A DNA stretch of 64,000 nucleotides. It comes from Candidatus Poribacteria bacterium (GTDB taxonomy: Bacteria; Poribacteria; WGA-4E; PCPOR2b). The stretch covers positions 3,456,001-3,520,000 of the forward strand of contig OZ242326.1 in assembly GCA_965208325.1 (NCBI GenBank), written 5' to 3'. A program made the position numbers and the translations under genes. Of this stretch, positions 1 to 8,877 are shown piece after piece. Within the stretch, counting starts at the first letter, position 1. Every line of letters starts with the position of its first letter. The notes beneath the pieces were generated by a model. It made no database searches and was not told where the DNA came from. It saw only the letters and a list, made by a program, of their open reading frames with translations.

Positions 1-430
1 CTTCATCGGTGCTACCAAATCCCCCGCGCGTCTTCGAGTGGGTCTCCGACACTTCCATCCAATCTGCCTGATCGACCCGGACGAAAATCGCCTGCGCAAT
101 CCTATCGCCGCGCTGTATCGTTACCGTCTGCTCCGAAAAATTGTAAATTTGAATCTTTACCTCATCGTCTTCGCCGCAGTAATCCTGATCGATGACGCCA
201 ACCCCGTGCGGGATGAGCAACCCGCGTTTGCGAGGCGTGCTGCTGCGCAACGTCACCATCAACATATACCCCGGCGGGGTTTCAACGATGACATTCGCGG
301 GTACTAGCCCCAATGTGCGCGGTTTAATCGCCACCGATTCTCGGCATACCAAATCAAAGCCGACGGAACCGGCGGTTGCATATTGCGGTAGCGGCAGGTT
401 CTTGTCCAGCCGTTTGATTTTAACTTTCAT
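1..430 (-). CDS. dut: dUTP diphosphatase (3' end runs off the window; not in the ORF track)
   Basis: Manual translation from ATG at 430: MKVKIKRLDKNLPLPQYATAGSVGFDL...LRSS...GVIDQDYCG...GDRIAQ...RGGFGST, which shows the trimeric dUTPase motifs. Confidence 0.93.
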   Translation of the reverse strand, partial: MKVKIKRLDKNLPLPQYATAGSVGFDLVCRESVAIKPRTLGLVPANVIVETPPGYMLMVTLRSSTPRKRGLLIPHGVGVIDQDYCGEDDEVKIQIYNFSEQTVTIQRGDRIAQAIFVRVDQADWMEVSETHSKTRGGFGSTDE

Positions 431-482
431 CAAATACCCATGAATCAAAGGTCGCCGCTAACGGGAATGAACCCAATTTATT

Positions 483-1275
483 GATGAGAAACCGAGTTTT
501 TTTCTTCAAAACTCGGTTTCTTCTTAATACGTTAAGGCACGGGAATTCCGGCTACCTTGCACTCCACGCGATAAATTGAAGTAGACGCCGTGATGAAAAG
601 CGATTTCCAATCACCGCCGCCCCAAGCCAGATTGGCTGTGCCGATGCAAAACCGAGTTTTTTCTTCAAAACTCGGTTTCTTCTTAATACGTTAAGGCACT
701 TGAATTCCCGAAACCTTGCACTCCACGCGATAAATTGAAGTAGACGCGGTAATGAAAAGCGATTTCCAATCCCCGCCGCCCCAAGCCAGATTGGCTGTGC
801 CGATGAGAAACCGAGTTTTTTCTTCAAAACTCGGTTTCTTTGATGTGCGTTAAGGCACCGGAATTCCGGATACCTTGCACTCGACGCGATAAATTGAAGT
901 GGACGCTGTGATGAAAAGCGATTTCCAATCCCCGCCGCCCCAAGCCAGATTGGCTGTGCCGATGAGAAACCGAGTTTTTTCTTCAAAACTCGGTTTCTTT
1001 GATGTGCGTTAAGGCACCGGAATTCCGGATACCTTGCACTCGACGCGATAAATTGAAGTGGACGCTGTGATGAAAAGCGATTTCCAATCCCCGCCGCCCC
1101 AAGCCAGATTGGCTGTGCCGATGCAAAACCGAGTTTTTTCTTCAAAACTCGGTTTCTTCTTAATACGTTAAGGCACTTGAATTCCCGATACCTTGCACTC
1201 CACGCGATAAATTGAAGTAGACGCTGTAATGAAAAGCGATTTCCAATCACGCCCGCCCCAAGCCAGATTGGCTGT
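483..1275. repeat. Tandem array, 159-bp period x5: palindrome plus the last 35 codons and stop of the SMP-30 gene
   Basis: TTAAGGCAC at 532, 691, 850, 1009 and 1168. Each is preceded by AAACCGAGTTTTTTCTTCAAAACTCGGTTT. The last unit is the real gene end. Confidence 0.97.
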
Positions 1276-2052
1276 AATTTCCGGTATTTTTATGATGCCG
1301 AGGTGTTTACCCGATGCATCGAAAATCCAAACTCCGCCAGGCCCCGTCGCATAAAGGTTGCCCCGCACGTCAACCTTCATTCCGTCCGGCACACCATTTT
1401 CTCCAGATTCCTCGGCGAAAACTCGGCCGTTTCCAAGCGTGCCGTCGGGTTGAAGGTCAAAAGCGCGAATGTGCATTCGGGCGGTATCATCAACGTATAG
1501 AATCGATTCGTCCGGCGAGAAGCAAAGTCCGTTAGGGCGGTCAAAATCATCGGCGAGAAGCGTCAGAGTCCGGCAATCAGCGGACAGCCGATAGACGCCT
1601 TGGAAGCCGAGTTCTTGCCCTTTGGTTTCCCCATCATCATCCATGATGCCGTAAGGCGGGTCGGTAAAGTAGATGCTCCCATCCGATTTCACAACCACAT
1701 CGTTCGGGCTGTTCAACCGCTTTCCGTTATAGTGCGCGGCGATTGAGATGATTGTCCCATCGGCTTCCGTTCGTGAGACACGGCGGTTCCCATGTTCGCA
1801 TGCAATCAGCCGCCCCTGTTTATCATAAGTCAAACCGTTCGAGCTTCCCGATGGAGATCGGAAGTTTGTGATTCCGGAATCGGGGCTCCACCGTTTTATC
1901 TGATTTGCGGGAATGTCACTGAACAGCAGATACCCCGCCCCGGCGTTCCAGAGCGGTCCCTCGGTAAACTGGCACCCTGATCCAAGCCGCTCGGCCTGCG
2001 CGTCAGCGTCGACCAAATCCAACAGTTCCGGAGATCGAACTTCAATGCTCAA
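1168..2052 (-). CDS. SMP-30/gluconolactonase/LRE family protein
   Basis: Motifs EGPLW, SNGL, LNSPND, PNGLCFSPD, PDGMKVD, TANLAWGG. Likely TTG start at 2052 after AGGAG. Confidence 0.92.
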   Translation of the reverse strand: MSIEVRSPELLDLVDADAQAERLGSGCQFTEGPLWNAGAGYLLFSDIPANQIKRWSPDSGITNFRSPSGSSNGLTYDKQGRLIACEHGNRRVSRTEADGTIISIAAHYNGKRLNSPNDVVVKSDGSIYFTDPPYGIMDDDGETKGQELGFQGVYRLSADCRTLTLLADDFDRPNGLCFSPDESILYVDDTARMHIRAFDLQPDGTLGNGRVFAEESGENGVPDGMKVDVRGNLYATGPGGVWIFDASGKHLGIIKIPEITANLAWGGRDWKSLFITASTSIYRVECKVSGIQVP

Positions 2053-2071
2053 TACAATACTCCTATATCGG

Positions 2072-2192
2072 TAGGACCTACGCAATTAGTTCAAAAGTCC
2101 CCCTGATAAGGGGGATTTAGGGGGTTAAAACACTGAAGTAACGACTTTTAAGTCCAATATTTCCTTTTTCTGCTCTATTCTCGTAAGCCCTA
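2072..2192. mobile_element. MITE-like element (~120 bp), copy 1
   Basis: Imperfect terminal inverted repeats TAGGACCTACGCA / CGTAAGCCCTA, internal CCCCCTGATAAGGGGG hairpin, close copy at 4465-4587. Confidence 0.7.
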
Positions 2193-2314
2193 ATCAAGAA
2201 GCGTGACATTGCCCTGCCACCTTCGCCATAAAGTTAGCACACCCCAAAAAAATTTACAAGCCGAAACTTGACGGATTGGTGCGCCTATAACGGCGCAAAC
2301 TCCACAACAAATTA

Positions 2315-2343
2315 TTGACAGAATTTTTATATAAGGGTATAAT
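2315..2343 (+). promoter_or_regulatory. Consensus sigma70 promoter
   Basis: TTGACA-17 bp-TATAAT. Confidence 0.65.
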
Positions 2344-2416
2344 GGTTTTGATTTTTGAATCGGCGGGTCAATCCATACGTATGTAGACCGCAAGGCGGAG
2401 GTGTATTGAGGAAGGC

Positions 2417-2493
<77 letters not shown>

Positions 2494-2508
2494 ACGCTAA
2501 GAGATTCT

Positions 2509-2537
2509 ATGATATAATATCCCCTGAAAATTGTCAA
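2509..2537 (-). promoter_or_regulatory. Sigma70 promoter of tRNA-Arg
   Basis: TTGACA-17-TATCAT on the minus strand just upstream of the tRNA. Confidence 0.6.
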
Positions 2538-2616
2538 GTGAATTTCTCGCAAATCGAGCATCATCCCCAACCTGCAGGCTAGTAAATGGCCGTCTAAATG
2601 TGAGGAGGAATGTAAA

Positions 2617-3735
2617 ATGCGCCGAACTGTCCAACGCCTGTTCATCTCGATTATCGTTGCTTTATTCTTGTTCAGTCTAAACGCCGAAGTCTTTTCGAAG
2701 GGCGGCGGAGGGTTCGGCCGATCGTTCGGCAGAAGCTACAGCAGCCGCAGTTCTAGTAAATCCTACAATCGCTCGGCATCACGTACGTCCACCAGCCGTT
2801 CATGGTGGGGCGGCTCGCGGGCATCTACTTCCACAAGCCGAAGAGCCGCTGCACCTGCCGGTCAGCGCAGCGCGGGCAAGAGTTACGGTCAAAGCACAAG
2901 TAGTCGGCGTTCAAGCAACACTGCGACGCGGCAAAGCAGCGCGGTACGCCAAAAACAGAGCGCTATGAGCGGTGCGAGAACTTCATCCGCTGTCTCAACG
3001 AGAAACATGACCAGCGGCCAGAAACGCTCACTGCGAGGCCAACGCCGCACAGAAGCGCGAAACCTCAAAGCAGAAAACCGCAGCCTCAAACGCCAAAACA
3101 GGCAGGCACGCCGGGAAACTGCCCGCGAACGCCGCCGAGCCGCTGAAGCCGCTTCGCCCATCACAGTCAACAATTTCGGCGGCTTTTACCCGCTTGGAGG
3201 CTATACTACCTTCGGTCTTGCTGCAAGCATGATGTACGGGAATATGATGGCCGGTATCTATTTCCACGACCACTATAACCATATGATGCACCGCAGCTGG
3301 CTATGGCACTATCATCACCAGGACTATGACCGCTCGCACTGGTCGAAGGACAAGCAAGGGGAGTACGAGAAATGGCGCGCCTATTACGACAGCCAAGGTG
3401 TTGAAAAGAACCCGAATTATGTCGATCCGGGCACCAGCCGCGATGAAGACTACACCGAAGCGTATGTCGAGAAAAATAGCGGCCAGTTTTACGGTCCTAA
3501 TGCCGCAGAAGCTGTGACCGTCGAAGAGCTTCCCGACGAAAAGGAACTCCGTGAAACAGTCTTGGCGGGCGGCGCTGAAGCTGCCGTTCAGTCACAACCG
3601 CAGCGGGTCACGGTCGAAAGAAAGGTCGTCGTTCAGAAAAAGACATCCGGCGGCGCTTGGTTCCTCATGGTATTCGGCAGCCTGATCGTCGTCGGCATCG
3701 TAGTTTTGGTGTTGTATAACAGGGGGTACTTCTAG
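2617..3735 (+). CDS. Exported protein: Gly/Ser/Arg-rich N-region, His/aromatic-rich middle, C-terminal TM helix
   Basis: RBS GAGGAGG, signal peptide, GGGGFGRSFGRS, C-terminal hydrophobic helix. Confidence 0.8.
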   Translation: MRRTVQRLFISIIVALFLFSLNAEVFSKGGGGFGRSFGRSYSSRSSSKSYNRSASRTSTSRSWWGGSRASTSTSRRAAAPAGQRSAGKSYGQSTSSRRSSNTATRQSSAVRQKQSAMSGARTSSAVSTRNMTSGQKRSLRGQRRTEARNLKAENRSLKRQNRQARRETARERRRAAEAASPITVNNFGGFYPLGGYTTFGLAASMMYGNMMAGIYFHDHYNHMMHRSWLWHYHHQDYDRSHWSKDKQGEYEKWRAYYDSQGVEKNPNYVDPGTSRDEDYTEAYVEKNSGQFYGPNAAEAVTVEELPDEKELRETVLAGGAEAAVQSQPQRVTVERKVVVQKKTSGGAWFLMVFGSLIVVGIVVLVLYNRGYF

Positions 3736-3757
3736 GTTCAGATAGGGGTGAAGGCAC

Positions 3758-4462
3758 ATGGGGTTATTTGCGCGTAAACGCAAAGCTCAACAACCGAATC
3801 GGCACGAGTTGGTAGAAATTCCTATCGGCAGTATGATTGAACTCACCGATCCAACCACCTTTGAAACCAGCGACACGCCGTCACGTACGTTTGAACTCAT
3901 AGAGCGCAAGAAGTATGAAGGCGAAGGGCTCATGCGCTATATGTATACGATTAAAGACGGGGACGAGGTCGTGATTTTAGGCGTTGACCAAATCGGGGGC
4001 ACCGATGAGTTTGAAGTCACGCGATGGATAATTGACAGTGAAGAGCAGATTGATAACGGCGGCGGCAGCCCTGAAGACGAGGATGATGACGAGGACGAAT
4101 ATTACTTCGACGACGATGACTACGACGATGCGGATATTATCATAGATGAAGGCGGCGGCGATTCTGAATCAAGCGCCGATCTGCCGGATAGCATCACACT
4201 CCACTACACCGACCCCGACGACGAAGATTTGGAGTTTTCGGTCGAGTACCTTCGCCAAGTGGTCACGCCGGCAAACATGACCGTCGCCAACCTGAAAACG
4301 TTAGAAGAGTACGATGTCGAACTACACGATTATAACGCCGAAGAGGGGGGATTGATGAGTGTTGAGCACTGCGGCAATTGGTTGACCTTCTATGTCGGCG
4401 AGTTAATCTCCCAATCCGATGTAAATGTCTATCCTGCCGAGGAGGAGGCAGAATATATATAA
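3758..4462 (+). CDS. DUF4178-like protein with an acidic insertion
   Basis: Long ORF. C-terminal MSVEHCGNWLTFYVGELI resembles the DUF4178 end, and it neighbours a DUF350 gene. Confidence 0.6.
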   Translation: MGLFARKRKAQQPNRHELVEIPIGSMIELTDPTTFETSDTPSRTFELIERKKYEGEGLMRYMYTIKDGDEVVILGVDQIGGTDEFEVTRWIIDSEEQIDNGGGSPEDEDDDEDEYYFDDDDYDDADIIIDEGGGDSESSADLPDSITLHYTDPDDEDLEFSVEYLRQVVTPANMTVANLKTLEEYDVELHDYNAEEGGLMSVEHCGNWLTFYVGELISQSDVNVYPAEEEAEYI

Positions 4463-4464
4463 AT

Positions 4465-4587
4465 TAAGACTTTCGCAGTGAGTTCAAAAGTCCCCCTGAT
4501 AAGGGGGATTTAGGGGGTTAAAAGCACTGAATTAGCGACTTTTTAAGCCCAATATTTCCTTTTTCTGCTCAATTTGCGTAAGTCCTA
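4465..4587. mobile_element. MITE-like element, copy 2
   Basis: TAAGACTTTCGCA...TGCGTAAGTCCTA, same interior as 2072-2192. Confidence 0.7.
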
Positions 4588-4678
4588 CAATTTGTTAACC
4601 CCAATAACGAAGTAACATGTCCGCGAACCCGCAATTTTAGTCACAAACATCACCTTCAACGAAGGAGGAATTTAGCAA

Positions 4679-5023
4679 ATGGCAAAAAAAATCGTTATTC
4701 TCAGTTTCTGTGTCGCAATCGCTTTTATCCTCGCTGCGTCGTTCCTATCGACGACGGTTGACGCTCAAGGTGAAACATCTGAAGCGGTAGACAGCGGGGC
4801 ATTTATCGACTTCAAACACCTCGCGCTGCTCATCGTTGAGAGCGTCATTTTCAGCATTGTCGGTATGATAGTCTTGGTGATTGGATATAAAATCTTCGAC
4901 GCCGTCACACCGTACGATCTGAACCACGAGATTGCCGAGGATGATAATGCCGCGGCTGGAATTTCTATCGCAGGGCTGCTCATTGCTCTGGGACTGATTG
5001 TGGCAGCGGCGATATCAGGCTAA
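4679..5023 (+). CDS. DUF350 family membrane protein
   Basis: KIFDAVTPYDLNHEIAEDDNAAAGI motif between TM helices; RBS GGAGG. Confidence 0.88.
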   Translation: MAKKIVILSFCVAIAFILAASFLSTTVDAQGETSEAVDSGAFIDFKHLALLIVESVIFSIVGMIVLVIGYKIFDAVTPYDLNHEIAEDDNAAAGISIAGLLIALGLIVAAAISG

Positions 5024-5072
5024 TTGGTCAGCAGCCAAACAATCCGTTATTAGGCTGGCTAGCAGTAGATAT

Positions 5073-5110
5073 GAGGGGCAATCTGCGCACTCGCGCGGAT
5101 TGCCTCTTTT
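5073..5110 (+). terminator. Probable intrinsic terminator
   Basis: GAGGGGCAATCTGCGC-ACTC-GCGCGGATTGCCTC followed by TTTT. Confidence 0.6.
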
Positions 5111-5123
5111 CAATTGTGTCAAT

Positions 5124-5395
5124 GCAGGTTGGGTTAAGCGATCAACTGAGCCAATAGCGAGTGCGATAAAGATTTTCAGGTCTATACAATGCAGGTTCTC
5201 CACGCACCAAAGCGCCAGCGGCGCGATAGGTATATAGCACGCGGAGGCACCATATAACCAAGCCCCGGCGCGGGATCAAGCGAACGAATAGTGAGCGCGA
5301 TTGTTTTAGTATTTGTAGGTTGGGTTAAGCGATCAATCGACCGAATAGGGGGTGCGATAGTCTTCAACAGTCTTCCCCGAACCCAACGCTTTTTG
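5124..5395. repeat. Cluster of REP-like modules
   Basis: (G)TAGGTTGGGTTAAGCGATCAA..., GCGCCAGCGGCGC and CGAACCCAAC segments shared with 6597-6860 and 7020-7190. Confidence 0.8.
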
Positions 5396-5504
5396 GTAAT
5401 TGCGGATGTGTTTCGTGGCACGGAGGCGGTGCCGGTTTCGGAGTTGTCCCCCTGTTTGATTCAATTAATATGTGTAATTCTTAGCCGCATTGACTTAGAA
5501 ACCC

Positions 5505-5780
5505 ATGCTATTTCCTATCATTTTCTTCATCTTAATCCCCCTCGTCGTCTGGATTGTCTTGCACACGGTTTCCAAACGGCGGGAAACGCAAGACCCAACC
5601 GAGCAAATCGCCATGGAGGAATGCGCGCTCTGCCACGAGGAATTCCCCGTGGACGAACTGATGGAAAAAGAGGTCGGCGGATACAGCAGAGTCTACTGTT
5701 TCTGCGGCGGCTGTATCGAGGGACTTTACCGCGAATATCAGGCAAAAAAAGAAGCATCAATAGACGAATCGGGAAACTGA
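5505..5780 (+). CDS. Small membrane-anchored protein with CxxC...CxxC zinc ribbon
   Basis: N-terminal TM, CALC...CGGC; its stop abuts the trpC start. Confidence 0.75.
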   Translation: MLFPIIFFILIPLVVWIVLHTVSKRRETQDPTEQIAMEECALCHEEFPVDELMEKEVGGYSRVYCFCGGCIEGLYREYQAKKEASIDESGN

Positions 5781-6575
5781 ATGAAAGAAAAAACGCCTTC
5801 AATCCTGCACACCATTGTCACCCACAAACACAAAGAACTCAAACAAGATCAGTGCCGTCTACCGTTGGCTGCGTTGAAAGAGAAACTTAAGGATCAACCG
5901 CCCACGCGGGATTTCCGATCCGCACTGCCCTTCCCGAACCGCATCAATCTCATCGCTGAAGTTAAGAAAAAATCGCCAAGCAAAGGCGTTCTCCGCGACG
6001 ATTTCGATCCGGTTGCGATTGCCGGAACCTACGCCGCAGCCGGCGCCTCTGCGGTTTCCGTGCTGACGGATGCTCATTTTTTCGACGGTCATCTCACGCA
6101 TCTCACCGCGATACGCCGTGCGGTGGATATTCCGCTGTTGCGAAAAGATTTTACCGTCGACCCTTATCAGATTTACCAAGCGCGCCTCGCCGGCGCAGAC
6201 GCAATTCTGCTGATTGCGGCAATCCTGACGTTAGCCCAACTGCGTGAATTTACCCAAATCGCTAATAGCCTAAACCTCGCCTGCCTCGTCGAAGTGCATA
6301 CCGAGGAAGAGTTAGAACTCGCGCTGCGCGCAGACGCACGAATCATCGGTGTCAACAACCGCAACCTCGAAAGTTTCGAGACGGACATCGCAACTACTTT
6401 CCGCTTGATGGAATCCATCCCTGCGGATAAAATTGTCGTGAGCGAAAGCGGCATCTACACCCGCGAGGACGTTAAAGCGCTGCACGGCGCCGGCGTCAAC
6501 GCCATTCTGGTCGGCGAGTCGTTGATGCGCTCCCCAGATATCAAGCACAAAATCAAGGAGCTTTTGGGAGACTAG
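5781..6575 (+). CDS. trpC: Indole-3-glycerol phosphate synthase
   Basis: IAEVKKKSPSKG, SVLTD, LRKDF, GADAILLI, LVEVH, GVNNRNL, VSESGI, LVGESLM. Confidence 0.97.
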   Translation: MKEKTPSILHTIVTHKHKELKQDQCRLPLAALKEKLKDQPPTRDFRSALPFPNRINLIAEVKKKSPSKGVLRDDFDPVAIAGTYAAAGASAVSVLTDAHFFDGHLTHLTAIRRAVDIPLLRKDFTVDPYQIYQARLAGADAILLIAAILTLAQLREFTQIANSLNLACLVEVHTEEELELALRADARIIGVNNRNLESFETDIATTFRLMESIPADKIVVSESGIYTREDVKALHGAGVNAILVGESLMRSPDIKHKIKELLGD

Positions 6576-6596
6576 GACGACTGAAATGCAGTTTTT

Positions 6597-6860
6597 GTAG
6601 GTTGGGTTAAGCGATCAACCGACCGAATAGCGAGGGATCAAGCGAACGAATAGTGAGTGCGATAGTCTTCAACAGTCTTCCCCGAACCCAACGCTTTTTA
6701 GTCGTTGGATAGTGTTCAGATTTTCGGAGTCGGATCGGGCTTACGAAAAGCGTTGGGTTACGCTTTACTAATTTTTGTAATGGCGCGATTCAATTTCAAT
6801 GGCACAATTATACTGTCGGTACGAATTTGATAAAAGTCGCTTAACCCAACCTACGGGGCT
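6597..6860. repeat. REPIN-like element with GTAGGTTGGGTTAAGCG ... CGCTTAACCCAACCTAC ends
   Basis: Long terminal inverted repeat beginning GTAG, plus internal AACCCAACGCTTTT / AAAAGCGTTGGGTT inverted pair. Confidence 0.8.
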
Positions 6861-7231
6861 ATTGGGAGTGTGGGATGACTCGAAAAGCAGTGGAAAACAA
6901 CCCCTACAATTTCAGCCATGACCTCGGATGGTGCGGTTACCAACCGCACCGTCGGACGGTAATAACACTCATTGGTATGTAGGAGAGGCTTCCTAGCCTC
7001 GATTATCAATCGGTTTTTGTAGATCGGGTTAAGCGATCAACTGAGCAAATTGCGAGTGATTAGCAAGCGCGATAGAGATTCTCAGGTCTATACAACGCGG
7101 ATACTCCACGCACCAAAGCGCCAGCGGCGCGAAAGGTATATAGCATGCGGAGGCACCAAATATCCAAAGCCCCAGCGGGGCGACAGGTGTGTCTGTGAAT
7201 TGTCAAGCGAACCTAGCTTTGGAGGTACATA

Positions 7232-7462
7232 ATGAGCCAAGACGAATTAAGCCCCGACATCTACAAAGAAACACTTGAATTTCTGCGAATTGCCAATCGT
7301 GCCGTCAAAAGAGCGCAGGAAGAAAACCGCAAAAAAGGCATCCCAAACGTCTATTCTTATAACGGTCACATCTACTACGAGCTGCCGAACGGCGAACTGA
7401 CCAAGGACGATCCCCTCAAAGATGCAAATAAACCGGATGGAGATAAAAGCTATTGCAGCTAA
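7232..7462 (+). CDS. 76-aa hypothetical protein, copy 1 (resembles small proteins found beside zeta-toxin-like kinases)
   Basis: RBS GGAGG; AVKRAQEENRKKGIPNVYSYNG. Synonymous differences among copies support coding. Family link is from recall only. Confidence 0.8.
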   Translation: MSQDELSPDIYKETLEFLRIANRAVKRAQEENRKKGIPNVYSYNGHIYYELPNGELTKDDPLKDANKPDGDKSYCS

Positions 7463-7724
7463 AACTCATTAATTTACTTATCGGTCTGTGGGAGAGGCTT
7501 CCTAGTCTTTTGTAAGTTGGGTTAAGCGATCAATTGAGCAAATTGCAAGTGATTAGCAAGCGCGATAGAGATTCTCAGGGCTATATAACGCGGATTCTCC
7601 ACGCACCAAAGCGCCAGCGGCGCGAAAGGTATATAGCATGCGGAGGCACCAAATATCCAAAGCCCCAGCGGGGCGACAGGTGTGTCTGTGAATTGTCAAG
7701 CGAACCTAGCTTTGGAGGTACATA

Positions 7725-7955
7725 ATGAATCAAGACGAATTAAGCCCTGAAACCTACAAACGCACACGTGAACTACTGCGAATTGGCAATCGCGCCGTCA
7801 AAAGAGCGCAAGAAGAAAACCGAAAAAAAGGCATCCCAAACGTCTATTCCTATAACGGTCACATCTACTACGAGCTACCGAACGGCGAACTGACTAAGGA
7901 CGATCCCCTCAAAGATGCAAATAAACCGGATGGAGATAAAAGCTATTACAGCTAA
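7725..7955 (+). CDS. 76-aa hypothetical protein, copy 2 (divergent N-terminus)
   Basis: As copy 1; MNQDELSPETYKRTRELLRIG. Confidence 0.8.
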   Translation: MNQDELSPETYKRTRELLRIGNRAVKRAQEENRKKGIPNVYSYNGHIYYELPNGELTKDDPLKDANKPDGDKSYYS

Positions 7956-8233
7956 AACTCATTAATTTACTTATCGGTCTGTGGGAGAGGCTTCCTAGCC
8001 TCGATTATCAATTGGATTTTCTAGGTTGGGTTAAGCGATCAACTGAGCGAATTGCGAGTGATTAGCGAGTGCGATAGAGATTCTCAGGGCTATTCAACGC
8101 GGATTCTCCACGCACCAAAGCGCCAGCGGCGCGAAAGGTATATAGCATGCGGAGGCACCAAATATCCAAAGCCCCAGCGGGGCGACAGGTGTGTCTGTGA
8201 ATTGTCAAGAGAATCAAGCTTTGGAGGCACACA

Positions 8234-8464
8234 ATGAGTCAAGACGAATTAAGCCCCGACATCTACAAAGAAACTCTTGAAATTTTGCGAATTGCCAATC
8301 GTGCCGTCAAAAGAGCGCAGGAAGAAAACCGCAAAAAAGGCATCCCAAACGTCTATTCTTATAACGGACACATCTACTATGAGCTGCCGAACGGCGAACT
8401 GACCAAGGACGATCCCCTCAAAGATGCAAATAAACCGGATGGAGATAAAAGCTATTGCAGCTAA
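8234..8464 (+). CDS. 76-aa hypothetical protein, copy 3
   Basis: As copy 1, with one amino-acid change (F17I). Confidence 0.8.
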   Translation: MSQDELSPDIYKETLEILRIANRAVKRAQEENRKKGIPNVYSYNGHIYYELPNGELTKDDPLKDANKPDGDKSYCS

Positions 8465-8545
8465 AACTCATTAATTTACTTATCGGTCTGTGGGAGAGGC
8501 TTCCTAGCCTCGATTATCAAATAGTCGATACCTCCTTGCGCAAAT

Positions 8546-8877
8546 ATGAACCAAAATGACTATAAAAATAACCAACACATCGCAACCATGACAGACCGCA
8601 TCGTGCGAGGTTTTCGTCCCGAGCAAATTATTCTCTACGGTTCGCATGCCCGCGGCGACGCGCATCGGCATAGCGATGTAGATCTGCTCGTGGTCTTCTC
8701 CGAATGTGCCGACAAGCGAAAAGCCGCTATTGAGATTCGACGTGTCCTTAAAGACATGCCGTCCCTAAAGATATCATTGTTTCAACGCCGGAAGAGCTTG
8801 ACCGCAAGCGAGATTGGATTGGTTCGGTGCTGCGCTACGCCCAGCGGGAAGGGGTGATTCTGTATGAACACAGATAG
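8546..8877 (+). pseudogene. Minimal nucleotidyltransferase (MNT antitoxin-like), frameshifted near 8760
   Basis: ILYGSHARGDAHRHSDVDLLVV motif. The typical C-terminus VPKDIIVSTPEELDRKRDWIGSVLRYAQREGVILYE lies in another frame. Confidence 0.82.

Larger units (their letters stand above)
6979..8520. repeat. Tandem array of three ~500-bp units delimited by four GT(A/G)GGAGAGGCTTCCTAGCCTCG palindromes
   Basis: Delimiters at 6979, 7488 (degenerate), 7981 and 8490; periods 509/493/509. Confidence 0.95.

Noticed and set aside
552..1250. 232-aa repetitive ORF on the minus strand
   Set aside because: By-product of the 159-bp (53-codon) period. Variation is synonymous in the SMP-30 frame, not in this one.
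483..1275. CRISPR array or DGR template/variable repeat
   Set aside because: The spacers are near-identical gene tails rather than unique sequences, there is no cas or reverse transcriptase gene in the window, and changes are not adenine-specific.
7050..8237. Three 60-63 aa ORFs upstream of the 76-aa genes
   Set aside because: They are translations of REP-like modules also found at 5140-5270 and 16400-16460; TTG starts without RBS.
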